Source of the DNA: Harriotta raleighana
Taxonomy: Eukaryota
NCBI GenBank assembly: GCA_050575255.1
Contig: JBNZDD010013722.1
Coordinates: 3,418,448 to 3,482,447 of the forward strand
Direction: 5' to 3'
Length of the DNA stretch: 64,000 nucleotides
Shown piece by piece: positions 52,710-64,000 of this stretch. Under the pieces are notes generated by a model. It was not told where the DNA came from. It made no database searches and worked only from the letters and a program-made list of their open reading frames with translations. Positions within the stretch are counted from its first letter, which is position 1; each line of letters opens with the position of its first letter. The position numbers and the translations under genes are program-made.

Positions 52710-54513
52710 GGTTAGAAGATCAGCCATGATCCTATTAAATGACAGGGCAGGCTTGAGGGGCCAAATGACCTACTCCTGCTCCTATTTCTCTTTTCTCTTA
52801 TGACTGTGGAGAATTCCACAAGTATGATGGAGTGCATCAAGCAAGGAGAAAGGAGATATTGACCAGAGGTATGAGATATGTTTCTAAGAGGGTTTGAAGA
52901 CAGGGAGAGAATAAGTGAAGTGATAAGATTTTGAAAGAGAGTTTTAGAGGGCGGAGGGTGGGTATATGAATGATCAGCCATAATGTGAGACCAAATGAGT
53001 AGGGAGCAAACAATTGGCAAGCGTAATGAGAAGAGTGAGGGATATATGAAGCAAAATAGAAGAAATCACTTTTACATTAAAAGTTAAATTGAATATATCA
53101 TATTCAGGGATATCAACTAATAATTGCTTGCATCATTTAGTTAATTTCACGTAAAATAATAATTATCTTTACATTTGATACAGCATAGAAATATCTCAAA
53201 GCAATTTACAATAATAATAAACCTTGCATTTGATATAGCACTTTTCATATCTTCTAGTCGCCTCAAAGCACTTCACAGAATATACTGTAAAGTGAATGGA
53301 CAATGTAGGTATATCTCAAAGCATTTCACTAAATTTACTGTAGAGTGCAGCCACTGTAATTTTTTTTAGGCATCAATGTCGTACAATCAATCAGGAGGTA
53401 ATTGACCAACTAAATGTCTCAAACACATTACAAAATTTAATTGATTACAAATGGAAGTGTGTGTTACTGTTCAGGCAAATATTGCAACTAATATGAGAGG
53501 AATTGTGTTCACTGCAGCTTGTCTTTTATTGGATCCAATAACGCATACAATAACACATTGGAATCTGTCAATAAACATAATTCTTTATCTCATTATCTTA
53601 GGACACACTAAGGGGTAGAAATTATACTGAGCATCATGTGCATTGCCTTTGGTGATTCTGATTTTTAATGCAATCTGCCATTATGGTTGTGCATGGCCAA
53701 AGGCACTTTGTGTAAAAATTTTATCCACATGTGGCTGGAGTTTGTATAAAACCAAATTGGAAAAACTGTGGGAATGTTAAATTTCCTTGTGAGATTATTC
53801 CAAGGTTTAACACTAATCAGGGTACTGGAATACAGTACTAGCACTCGTATTATCCTTTGAAAAACTGCCCAACTATTTTTTTTCATAATGCTCTTTCCAA
53901 AATTCATCTTCAGAAACCAAGGTAAGAAAATACATCTTAAATTAGCAGTGTAACAGCTCAGCTTGAGCTAACAGCTATGATTTTTCCTCCTTGAACACAC
54001 TGCTCAACTGAGAATAGATATAGCCACCCTCAGGCAAAGCCGTGCTCTGAAAAACTCAACATTTATTTTACTATTACTTAAATTACCAGGCTTCATCCTT
54101 GCATATAGGCCACACAATTGTGCCATTGTTGCTGATTAATGAGCAAAACATGAATGAATTTTTCATTGCCATTGGGTATCAGTTGCTAGAAACACTTTTT
54201 AGCCATCCCAATGTGGAAGCTTTCAATTTGTCACAACACACTAACTTTTATTAGATTGCTTGTAAAGAGTTTCTGAGATGGGGAAATGACTTAAGTAAAT
54301 CAAAAAAAAGGAATGTAAGAGAAAGGCACCCGGTGAATCATGATGGAAGATCCATAAATAAAGTGACTTAAACAGCAAGTATAATGTTGAATTCTGCAGT
54401 GTTAGAATCTGCATGATTAGCATTCTGAGATAACATAATCTCACAGCATACCTTGAACTTTTGCAAACCCAAGTCACATTGAATAAAATAAATTTGCAGT
54501 AGCACATTTTTAG

Positions 54514-54853
54514 ATGCTATTAAAAGTGTGTGACTGCAGAGTGGGAAATAGGTTCGATGAGTCAAGATTTCATTGCAGTGAGGAAACTGTAAACCACAAT
54601 ATTGGCAGCTGTCTTGGACCAAAGGAAATTTCAGAAGAGGTGATGATAAAATAGAGAAACACAAGAAACACTGTGAAGAAACAGCACGAAGGGAGAAGTA
54701 ATGGTGGTAAGCATTATCTTGTATCAGATGACAAGCTTGTCTTGTATCAGATAACAAGCATTACCTTGGATCAAATGACAAGCTCTGCCTTGTATCAAAT
54801 AGCAAGCCTTGTCATGTAACAGATAATAAGTTTGGTCTTTATCTTGTCCACAA
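54514..54853 (+). pseudogene. Candidate decayed exon containing the 8-codon repeat
   Basis: Acceptor tttttag|ATG, an open frame with a single TAG (54652) running in phase into the repeat, a 1-nt deletion in unit 2, and a donor-like AA|GTGAGG at 54853. Confidence 0.35.
54709..54843 (+). repeat. 24-bp tandem repeat, about 5.5 units
   Basis: aagcattatcttgtatcagatgac / aagc-ttgtcttgtatcagataac / aagcattaccttggatcaaatgac / aagctctgccttgtatcaaatagc / aagccttgtcatgtaacagataat / aagtttggtctttatc. Confidence 0.9.
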
Positions 54854-57234
54854 GTGAGGGAGATTTTTTTTCACAAGCACAAATATAAAAAACTTAATTG
54901 TTTGCAATATAGTCATCGGTGCCATTCCAATGACCACACTTTATTTCTTCTTTAGAACAAAGTTATTGTCACTCAGATACCAAACAGTGAAACATAGAAT
55001 ATGGATAATAATTCACTAAGTCTGATAAACTATTTATGTTTTCATCTTTTTATTGCTACTTCTTTTTATTTGTAGAGCAAATGTTATATTCAGCTAAACT
55101 TATAATCATTGATGTGGTTAATTAGATACTGCAGACATGTGATGTTTCTGAACCAAATGGCTCTAAAACTGAGGGCAAATAAAATTTATGTTATGGCAGA
55201 TGACATTAGGGTGGGTGGTTCCTGTGGGGTTTTCATTTACAATGGCAATAAATTGTTACTAAGTCCTCTTAACAGGGGAAAACATCTCAGAACTCTTCAC
55301 AGTGGTGTGGTTCGAGAAGTGAGAATAGTGCCACTGATAATGGTCACTAATTCTCAACTGCCTGTGGGTATGAACCCTGCCCCCCCAACCCTACCCCTAC
55401 CGAACACAATTTCAGCATAAGGTCCAGACTCAGAGCTGAGATTGAAACATGACATCCGAGTTGTTGGTATGAGGAGCAAGACATTTGTGAGAGGGCTGCC
55501 TCTCCAGACATTGACCCATCTCAATAGAATAATTTGTGGTGTCCAGACAGCTCGGATTTAATGAGTGGTGAGTTTGACAAGTAGATCATGCAGGAGGGAG
55601 TGGAGGCAGTGAGTGCCTTAAAATGGAAGATTGTGCAAAATTGTGGGATATTATTCAATTGCATTTTAATTTGGAAACCAAGAAATGCAGGAAACTCTTC
55701 CAAATTGAAACTGAAATGGTGAAGAGTTCATTTGAGGGGTATGAGAGATAACAGTGTCAAATAATTTATTATTGTTTATAATTTTACTGTCTTTTCTTTG
55801 GCCATGCAATCTTTCTGTCTCTGTACATCAATTATACAATAATAATCTTTGAATTGGAGATAGCAACTTTCATATTTGTAAAGATGTCTCCATGTGCTTC
55901 ACAGAATCCAATAAAGTGAAAAACTAATAATGTTAGAAACATTATTTTAAGAAAATATATTCTTTACCAAGAATACATAAGAATGTTTCGCTCTATACAA
56001 AGAGATCTTAGGTTAACTAGATTGGGTGAGGAATGGTGGATGTATCTTTATGTAGATCAATGCTTAGTCATGCACAGGTACACAAAATAAATACATGGCT
56101 ATTAGCAATAGTGGAAAAGGTCAGGGTTTTGAGTCTGGGTATTGATTGCTCAGTAAAAGCAATCCAAACAATTTGAAGTTAATAGTAACGCTGATCATGT
56201 ACTTTACTGTGAAAATATCATTCTTGTACAACAATGCCTCTCACATTCATTCGACCAAAAACTAAAGCAAATTAATCTAAACTGCAATTGATTATTGGTA
56301 AGATCACATTTGGAATATTGGTGTAATTTAGTACAATATTTCATAAGAGACTACATGGTGATCATATTACAAAAATGCATTATTATATTAACATTATTTA
56401 TTATATAACAATCTTTGCATTTAATATAACGCTTTTCAAATCTTCTAGATGTCTCAAAGCACTTCACAGAATATACTGTAAAGTGAATTGACTGTATATA
56501 AATGGACAAAATGCAGCATATTCATATTAAACATTAAAATTGTGAAACATTGCATTTCTCACCCTCTCTGATTTCATAGCATTAAACAAATCATACAGCA
56601 GAAGCACACAGTAGACTTATTCTAGTACTTGTTTATATTGTTTATTACTAGAATTTATTACTAATAAAACTTTTAGGGCCTCATATCAAGAGGATGTCTC
56701 AGAACACCTCATAGAATGTTACTGTAAAACCTGCAATGACTATGTATTTTGTGAGGAACACAGTGGCCATTTTTATGCACAGCAATAACTCACAAACAGC
56801 CATGAAGTGATAGATCAACCTTAACGTGGAGGCTTGTTGGTCAGGACATTAAGAGAAACGCTCTCCTTGTGTTGAATACAACTTTAACATCCACCTAAAC
56901 AGGCAATGATGGGACTTTGGTTGATCTCATCCAAAGGATGGCACATCCAACAATGCAGCACACCCCAGGACTACACTGGATTACCAATTAAGACTGTAAA
57001 TTCAAAGTCAGAGCTACAAACTGAGCCAAACTGTCACACAAATTCAATCTGGAGATAGGGCAATTATCCACTTCGATGGGAGTACTGATGTGCAGGGAGT
57101 GGTGGGATGTAGATCTTCTTTGTGAGATGTTTTGAATGATGCTTTCAGCTGCATCATGATAAGGAAGAGTTCTTGCAGAAACTAGCTGGAGCTTTGCTAG
57201 AAGATAGTAAATCAGGTAAAGGCTAAAAGCCTCA

Positions 57235-58245
57235 ACACGGGCCCTGACCAGCAACCATCAGCACATGTCCTAGCTGACAATAAAAGGAGCCCTCTCCCTC
57301 AGGGCTTTCATCAAGTCTGGACCAGTCAACACATTGCATCGGGCTGGCTGCAAAGGCCAGGAGACTATGGATCATCTCTTCCTGGATTGTTGTTTTGCAA
57401 AGGTCGTTTGGAAAAACATGGAATGGATACACTTGTGGTTTGTCCATGGGGACACGATGCCACTGCACTCGGTGCTGTATGGCTTCTTCCCGGGCAATCA
57501 CAGCGAAACTCGCATTGAATGTGCCTGGAGGATCATAAACTCAGTAAAGGAGGCCCTTTGCCATTCCCCAAAACAGGTGTTCCTCTGGTAGAATGAGGGG
57601 ATGGCGAGGGCCTGCCTCAGGCTTGCACACGCTAGAATCAGGGCCTATATACTGAGGGACAAGCTGCAGTTCAGCTCAACCATGGCAAAGACCAGATGGG
57701 GCCTGTGCTCGACAGGAGATGCTCTTGAGCAAACCGTTCAGTGCGCACCCACTGGTTAGCTCACGAGTGAGTGGAAAACTGACTGAAATAAATGTGAGAG
57801 TAACCATATAAATGTATAGAAGCTCAAGATGTAACCAAAGAGTGTCTCGAAAATGTATGTGTGGTAAACGTGTGTGTACCGTGCACATCGGAGCGCCTTC
57901 AAAAAGCAGCAGGTAACCTCATCAGGGTGTTTGTGGGTGAGCACATGGATGTGGTGCATGCCAGCCGACTCCCAAATGTTTCAAAGGGAGCATCCCAAAA
58001 CATTTGTATACAACTAACTGTGGTACAGTAAACTACTGAATCTTTTTCTATTCGAACAAAGGGAAAAAAATGGAAAAAAAGATATTGTACTTTGCGTTTG
58101 TTTTGGGTTTCTGTTTGTTTGTCAANACTACTGAATCTTTTTCTATTCGAACAAAGGGAAAAAAATGGAAAAAAAGATATTGTACTTTGCGTTTGTTTTG
58201 GGTTTCTGTTTGTCTGTCAAATATATATATATATGAAATAAATAC
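57235..58245 (+). mobile_element. Tx1/L1-clade LINE 3' fragment (CCHC zinc knuckle + 3' UTR)
   Basis: RAGCKGQETMDHLFLDCCFAKVVW...CAWRIINSVKEAL (ORF 57334-57591), followed by a non-coding tail ending in AT-rich sequence with AATAAA. Confidence 0.8.
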
Positions 58246-61200
58246 ATCTAGTTTTTTAAAGTTTCCAGATGCTGTTTCAACATTAAATTGTGTGAGAGCA
58301 AGGCCTTAGGATGGTCATAAACAGCTCCTTAATCAAGAGTGGCAGTGATCAAGGAACAGGAATACCACAATTTCCCGCCATGTAAACAAATATGTGACTG
58401 AAACCATTCATTGTTTCTTCATGGTTTATTATTATTATGATGTATTATGATAAGTCTATTTTCTTCGGATCCATACAAAGACTATTACTGTGCATGTGTT
58501 TCCTATGCATATTCTTCCACTTGCTAAATAAATAAAACAATAATAATGCTTGTAAAAACAGGAGAGGTGGAATGTCCACTCTTTGACCTATCTCCATTGT
58601 CCAATACTTTGCCACCGATAATTTTACTGCATTTTATTTAGGATTTATGTGCAGAGCGTCACCACTGTTGGTTTCAACACAATAATTGAGTTCATTTCAG
58701 CAAACTGCTGATTCTATTGCTTTGCGTCCTTATCTGGATGCCTTGCTGTCGTACAGAGTTTTTTCACTGAAGTTGCAGAAATCCATGCTATGTTGCTGGC
58801 AGGCTTCTAATTGAAGAAAATTCTGCATTTGTTTGGTTGACAGATATTTTAATTGGAAAACAAAAAGTAGGGTTTCGATTTAGACCGACTTGCCCACTTC
58901 ATGTTATATTAATTTCACTGAGATCTCAGCACATAAATTCAGCTTGTTTTATCTGAATAAGTGATTTATGGAGGTCGAGTGAGAGTATTCACTGGACATC
59001 ATTTCAATGTTTTCACATAGTTGGAATGCAGAGAGTGATGAGAATGTAGAACTCATGGCCAAGAGTTGTTTTATCGTCTCATCTGAAGGACACAGTGTAG
59101 TGCACTGGATTGCGTTACCTTTGTTTTCCTGGTGATTTCCAGTGTTAAACATTATAATACCTAAAACAAATCCTAATTTCATCATTTGAAAGAATGATTT
59201 ACTCCTATAACAGCATGGTTTGCAATTACATTTTCCCGACATGAAAGGCACTCTATAAATGTAATTTTGTTGTTGTTGTTGCCTCTTTATTGCACAGGAT
59301 TTCTTAAAGGCTTGATGACATTGTAATACCGCTATGCNCTCTTTATTGCACAGGATTTCTTAAAGGCTTGATGACATTGTAATACCGCATTGTAAGATAA
59401 TACCATTATCTTAATAACAACAATCAATATTGGTGTAACGGTACAGTGAGCTGGTGTTTAATGTATTGAACCATTCGAGGAATAGATCACTGGCAATTGC
59501 AAAATGTGCTTAGTTGTGGACTTACTTCCGGCTGATAGATGGGAGGTCCCGAGCAGACTTGAAGCAGTTCATCACAGGAAGAAACAGAAAATCAGATGGC
59601 AAGACCTACTTCTGCCATATATCTTTTGTGAACCAGATCAAAAAGGACAAAGTTCTATGATAAAGTAGCTTCCCCTTTCCTACCACCTATGGCTGAACCT
59701 TCAGCTACAACAACAACAACACCAAAATTACACTTGTTTAGCGCCATTCATGTCAAGAGGACATCTGTTTGCCTCGCTTTCTTTTCCTGCCTTTGAAAAC
59801 CTCATCTCTTTGACTAGGCTTTCAAATAATAATCACTGCATTTGATATAGTACCACCCTACATTGATGCATCAGAAAACTTTGCAGGGTTTACTGTAACG
59901 TACATTGATGCTTCAACAAACTGATTTCTCTCCATTCAGTGCTCTCTTGCACATTTGTAATCATTTTGAGACATTGGTTTCATGTGAAAGGCACTATATA
60001 AATGCAAGTACAGTATGTTATAGTTAATTACAAAAAGTTCCATCTCCAGTGAGAACACTGCATACTTCAAGAAATTGTTGATGAGGGGGGAATGGGGGTG
60101 GGGGTACATTAATAAAAATAAAATTTGTTTCAGATAATACAGGAAATATAATACGAGTCATTTAGTTAATGCCAAGAAAACAGTATTGCATGCGGAGGAA
60201 GAGATCGAATCAATAATTAAAGGCAATTTGCTCAACGCTAATATAGATCACTACAACAATACAGAAGCCAGTGAAGTATCAGGTCACCATAGTCAAGTAC
60301 AGTATTGCCACCTGGTGCTCATTGTTATTATTGTTATGATGCATGCGGTAATGTTCAACTGCATGTTCATTTTGTTATTTAAATCAGAATAATCTGCATT
60401 TGATATAGTGCTATACAAAGAGAGTTTTATTGTTGCTGTCTCGCATTGGGAGAATGTCTCAAAGGACTTCATAGGATTTAATGTCCATTTTGTAGGTGAA
60501 CATGGCAGTCAATTTGCACACAGCAGAAATGAGGGGTTTTGGACTTGTGAAAGTGGTAGTGTATGGTATGAGTTGGTCATTGAGGCAACATGTAAAGGAT
60601 TGATAGGATTGTGCAACGAGCATTGATGTAATTACCACTTGTATCTCTTTCTCTTTTGAATAGTGACTATGGATTGTCAATGTCCACCTAACGTCTTGAA
60701 AGATGGCATCTCTAGGAATGCAGCATTCCCCACTGTGTACTGAAGTGTCAGCCTTGACTATCAGCATCTAAAATTTTAAAAGCTCAGAATACAAAACCAA
60801 AGAAGTACTGTTGAGCGTGTACAGGGCACTTGTGAGGCCACACACTGAATGCAATTCGAGGCTCTCATTACATGAAGAATATATTGAGTTTGGCGATGAG
60901 AAATTAGTTGAGAGATTTAAATGTTGGATAAATACTTGGTGAGTAAAAAAAAATGAAGGCATACATCAAAGAGCCAGGGATTTGGAATTAGCGGTCAGAG
61001 GACACAAGCCTGCAATGGAGCAAAACAATGGACCCATAGCCCTTTCCTATTCCTAATTTCCTATGTTTTGCAGGCACTCCTGATGTGAGGCTTTTTGGCC
61101 AAATGGTTTGCCAATGGTACAATTTTGCTTCACTTGTAAAGAACGGCCAATTAGGTGTTGCATATGAGAGCTAACAGCGCCCATGGAACTGAACCAGAGC

Positions 61201-61599
61201 ATGAGTCAGTGCCTTTATTGGAGGAGGAAGAGAGTTGGACCAAGTAAACATCTATCATATTCCTGTCACCACAACAAGAAAACTAGTTTGTTGCTACATA
61301 ACCGATTAATATAAACAGAGACCATCTGGGTTGTGTTATCACATTTAGATCCGTCATTATTTTGCTCATTTGCAGTAACACAGAAACCCATACCTTGTGA
61401 AATTAAGTGTAGAAGGAAAGTTAATTTATACATAGTTTCACTTGTAACAGTGATGTGCTGTGGTTGAACAGAATACATAAGCTCATGAGCACTGCCAGAC
61501 ATTTACCCTTTATAGTCAATGCTACTGCAGTTTCACATTGAGAGGTTTAAATATTCCATGTTTTCCTTACACCCAGACCAAATGCAATTTGCTGGAATA

Positions 61600-63836
61600 T
61601 GCTCTGTACCAACAGAATATTAGGAGGCCACATCAGTGTCCCAGCACCACATTAACCTTTATAAAGAGTTGTGTAAAAAAAACCAACAGTACATGAGTAG
61701 CTGGTACAGTAGTAGATTTTGCAGTACATAGAAAGAAAAATATACGTGACTTTTGAAGCAAAAAACATTTTCATATTCATCATTCTTCATATATAGCAAT
61801 ATAAAATGTTCATATTAAAACAAGTCAGTGAACAACATTTACCTTATTTGCAAAACATGGAAAACAAGGGGTGAAATCAGTGCCTGACAGATTTTCTTTC
61901 AGATCAAGGATTCATTTTGTCTTGTAATAAAAGTTATAAATAAAAACTACTTTTTAAAAAATACATTTACTTAAGAATATGTAAACAGGAATAAATCTTC
62001 GACACATTTCACTGAAATTGAATGCAGATAAAGCAATGTATGTGATATGTCAATAGCTTTCATTGCTGATGTTAATGAGCAACTATTGTTCTAAAGGATC
62101 ATATGCATGATCTCTCACATTGCTTTGTCCTCAACAGTAAATTCCAAAAAAAGATTCTTCTGAGGAGCAACTGACATAATTGAAATGTGTATGCTATGGT
62201 ATTTTTGCAGTCTTAAAATTCAACTTCTGTGTTGGATACCTAAGCACAAAGTAAATGTACTCATGGAAAATATATAGAGGGTGAAAAATGTGGCGTTAGA
62301 ATAAATCATGTTGCATTTTTCAGCCCACTGTTTTTAATACTTCTGAATTTGGAAGAAGTATTCCAAATACTGGTCATGTATTCTAGTGACATATTTTCAA
62401 TACGTACTGTACAGTTTTGAAAATGATCTTGTAAGAATTTCATTATTTAATGACTGTAAGAAACTTTATGTCTGAGTGTTTCCAAAGTTACATTACATCA
62501 GTGTTAAGGTTGGTATTACTATTGGCGTGTTACAAAAATTATTTATATAAAATTAAAAATGCAAATATAATCTGACAAAATTTCCTTTAAGAGGCATAAT
62601 GATTAGCACCAAATTTGTACATAATGTTTCCCTGGCATTGTGTAGTGTGAGGTACAATTGGTAGCACCTTATACAATCACTGTCATGGCTTTTTCACTTT
62701 CCTCAATATACTGAACAATATTCTGACCACACAGTTGGAAAATAATATTAATAATACTTGCTTTTGGTATAGCGTCTTTCACGTCAGGAGGACATTCCAA
62801 AGCGCTTTACAGGATATATTGTAAAGTGAAGTGACTCTGTTTTCTGGGTGAAAGAGGCAGCCAATTTGCGTGCAGCAATATCTCACAAACAGCCATCGAG
62901 TGAATGACCAATAACCAGAAATGCCAAATAGTCTTTGGACAATACGTGTGTATGAGAGACTGTCACTTGTCTAAAAATTGTAGCTTGGTGTTCATCACTG
63001 CTTCAAATAAATTAATTTTTAACATAATGCAGAACATAACAGTATTGGATGTAGTAATATGTCTAGCAATGTGTTCTGAAATGATAATAGTACGCAAGGA
63101 AATATTGTGATGAAAAAACAATGAACAGAAGTGTTATTTTCCAGACAAAACATGACTGACTTGCAATGTAAGTAGTTTAATATTTCAACCACAAGTAGTT
63201 CAGTTCCTTAATTCCTTACTGCAGGTCATCATTGTACTTTCAGGAAACTGTTACAAACTGACTTTCTTTTCTCATGCTGCATTTACCCTGCATGGCTGGT
63301 GGTGAAATATCACAATGGTGTCAGTGATTCAGCACCAAATACTCAGTATTAAAGGCTCTGAGACAGCTGAAGTTCTGCTCCCAACATAACTTTTGAGGAG
63401 GTGTTTCCAAGAGTGAAGAGTTCTGTTTATTTCTCAGGACAAATTCGGTGGCTTTGGATTTCACAGGGTTCTTTTGTTTCCCCCCTTCACATCCACAACA
63501 AAGCAAGTTTAATGTTATTAAGGAGTTGATCAGGCGACTGTCTCAATAATAACATTAAAAATAAATAGCCAAGTTGTAGTTCTTTACATTTGCTAAGTAA
63601 CATTGCCAGGCAGAGAAGTGACTTTGCTCCCTGCACTGTAAACACAGCATCAGATGATATTGCTAAAATCGATAACTGAAGCAGTGCAGAGAGGCAGGGG
63701 TGAATCACACCCATTTTTAATGTCCTGAAATATCTTCTTGTTTGTTATCCAGACATCAGTAGACGATGCAAGAGGTTATGAAACTATTTTTTCTTTTTTA
63801 CGCAAGTAACATTTGTTTCAGAGCTGCACCTGAAGA
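61600..63836 (-). other. Probable 3' UTR / downstream region of the peroxidasin-family gene (3' end not determined)
   Basis: AT-rich, largely repeat-poor sequence directly after the stop codon. A minus-strand AATAAA occurs at 63426-63431. The true poly(A) site is unknown. Confidence 0.35.
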
Positions 63837-63950
63837 TTATTTTCTGCTTTCGGGCTTCACGCAGGTAGGACAACACCTCCCTGTCTTTTTGGTTAGCTTG
63901 GTGCATTCCAGCGGTGGACAAGTCTCTACATAGCAAGTCACTTGGCCATT
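63837..63950 (-). CDS. PXDN: Terminal coding exon of a peroxidasin-family gene (PXDN or PXDNL-like paralogue), C-terminal half of the VWC domain
   Basis: Minus-strand acceptor tcttgtttcag, then a phase-0 open frame NGQVTCYVETCPPLECTKLTKKTGRCCPTCVKPESRK* (114 nt, TAA at 63837-63839). It matches the recalled peroxidasin C-terminus (human PXDN [30 protein letters not shown]...). PXDN versus PXDNL cannot be resolved from 37 aa. Upstream exons lie beyond the window. Confidence 0.8.
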   Translation of the reverse strand, partial: NGQVTCYVETCPPLECTKLTKKTGRCCPTCVKPESRK

Positions 63951-64000
63951 CTGAAACAAGATTTCACAGCAAGAGCATTACAGTGTTGCCAGCATTACAA

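Noticed and set aside
54709-54843. CRISPR-like periodicity
   Set aside because: Head-to-tail units without unique spacers, in a vertebrate context, with no cas genes.

Overview
Vertebrate genomic DNA, most likely a cartilaginous fish and probably a holocephalan/chimaera. This is inferred from the repeat set: L2 with (TTG)n tails, tRNA/Deu-type SINEs, CR1, Tx1-like LINEs and Tigger-type MITEs. It comes from a draft assembly with one 449-N gap and about 10 single-'n' joins, most of which duplicate flanking sequence. The only convincing intact host coding sequence is the minus-strand terminal exon (63837-63950) of a peroxidasin-family gene, encoding the end of the VWC domain. Most long ORFs in the track are retroelement remnants or low-complexity artefacts. 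The most interesting feature is an orphan CpG island at about 42.8-43.4 kb. It is flanked by exon-like, stop-interrupted, coding-looking tracts that read on the minus strand to its left and on the plus strand to its right. These may be decayed head-to-head genes or divergent spliced non-coding (possibly germline) transcripts; this is inference and needs comparative and RNA data. Directly visible local structures include an inverted SINE pair with an 86-bp perfectly homogenised tract, a 31-bp fold-back hairpin at an L2 insertion junction, a 24-bp codon-phased repeat, and a probable heterozygous young insertion at the gap.
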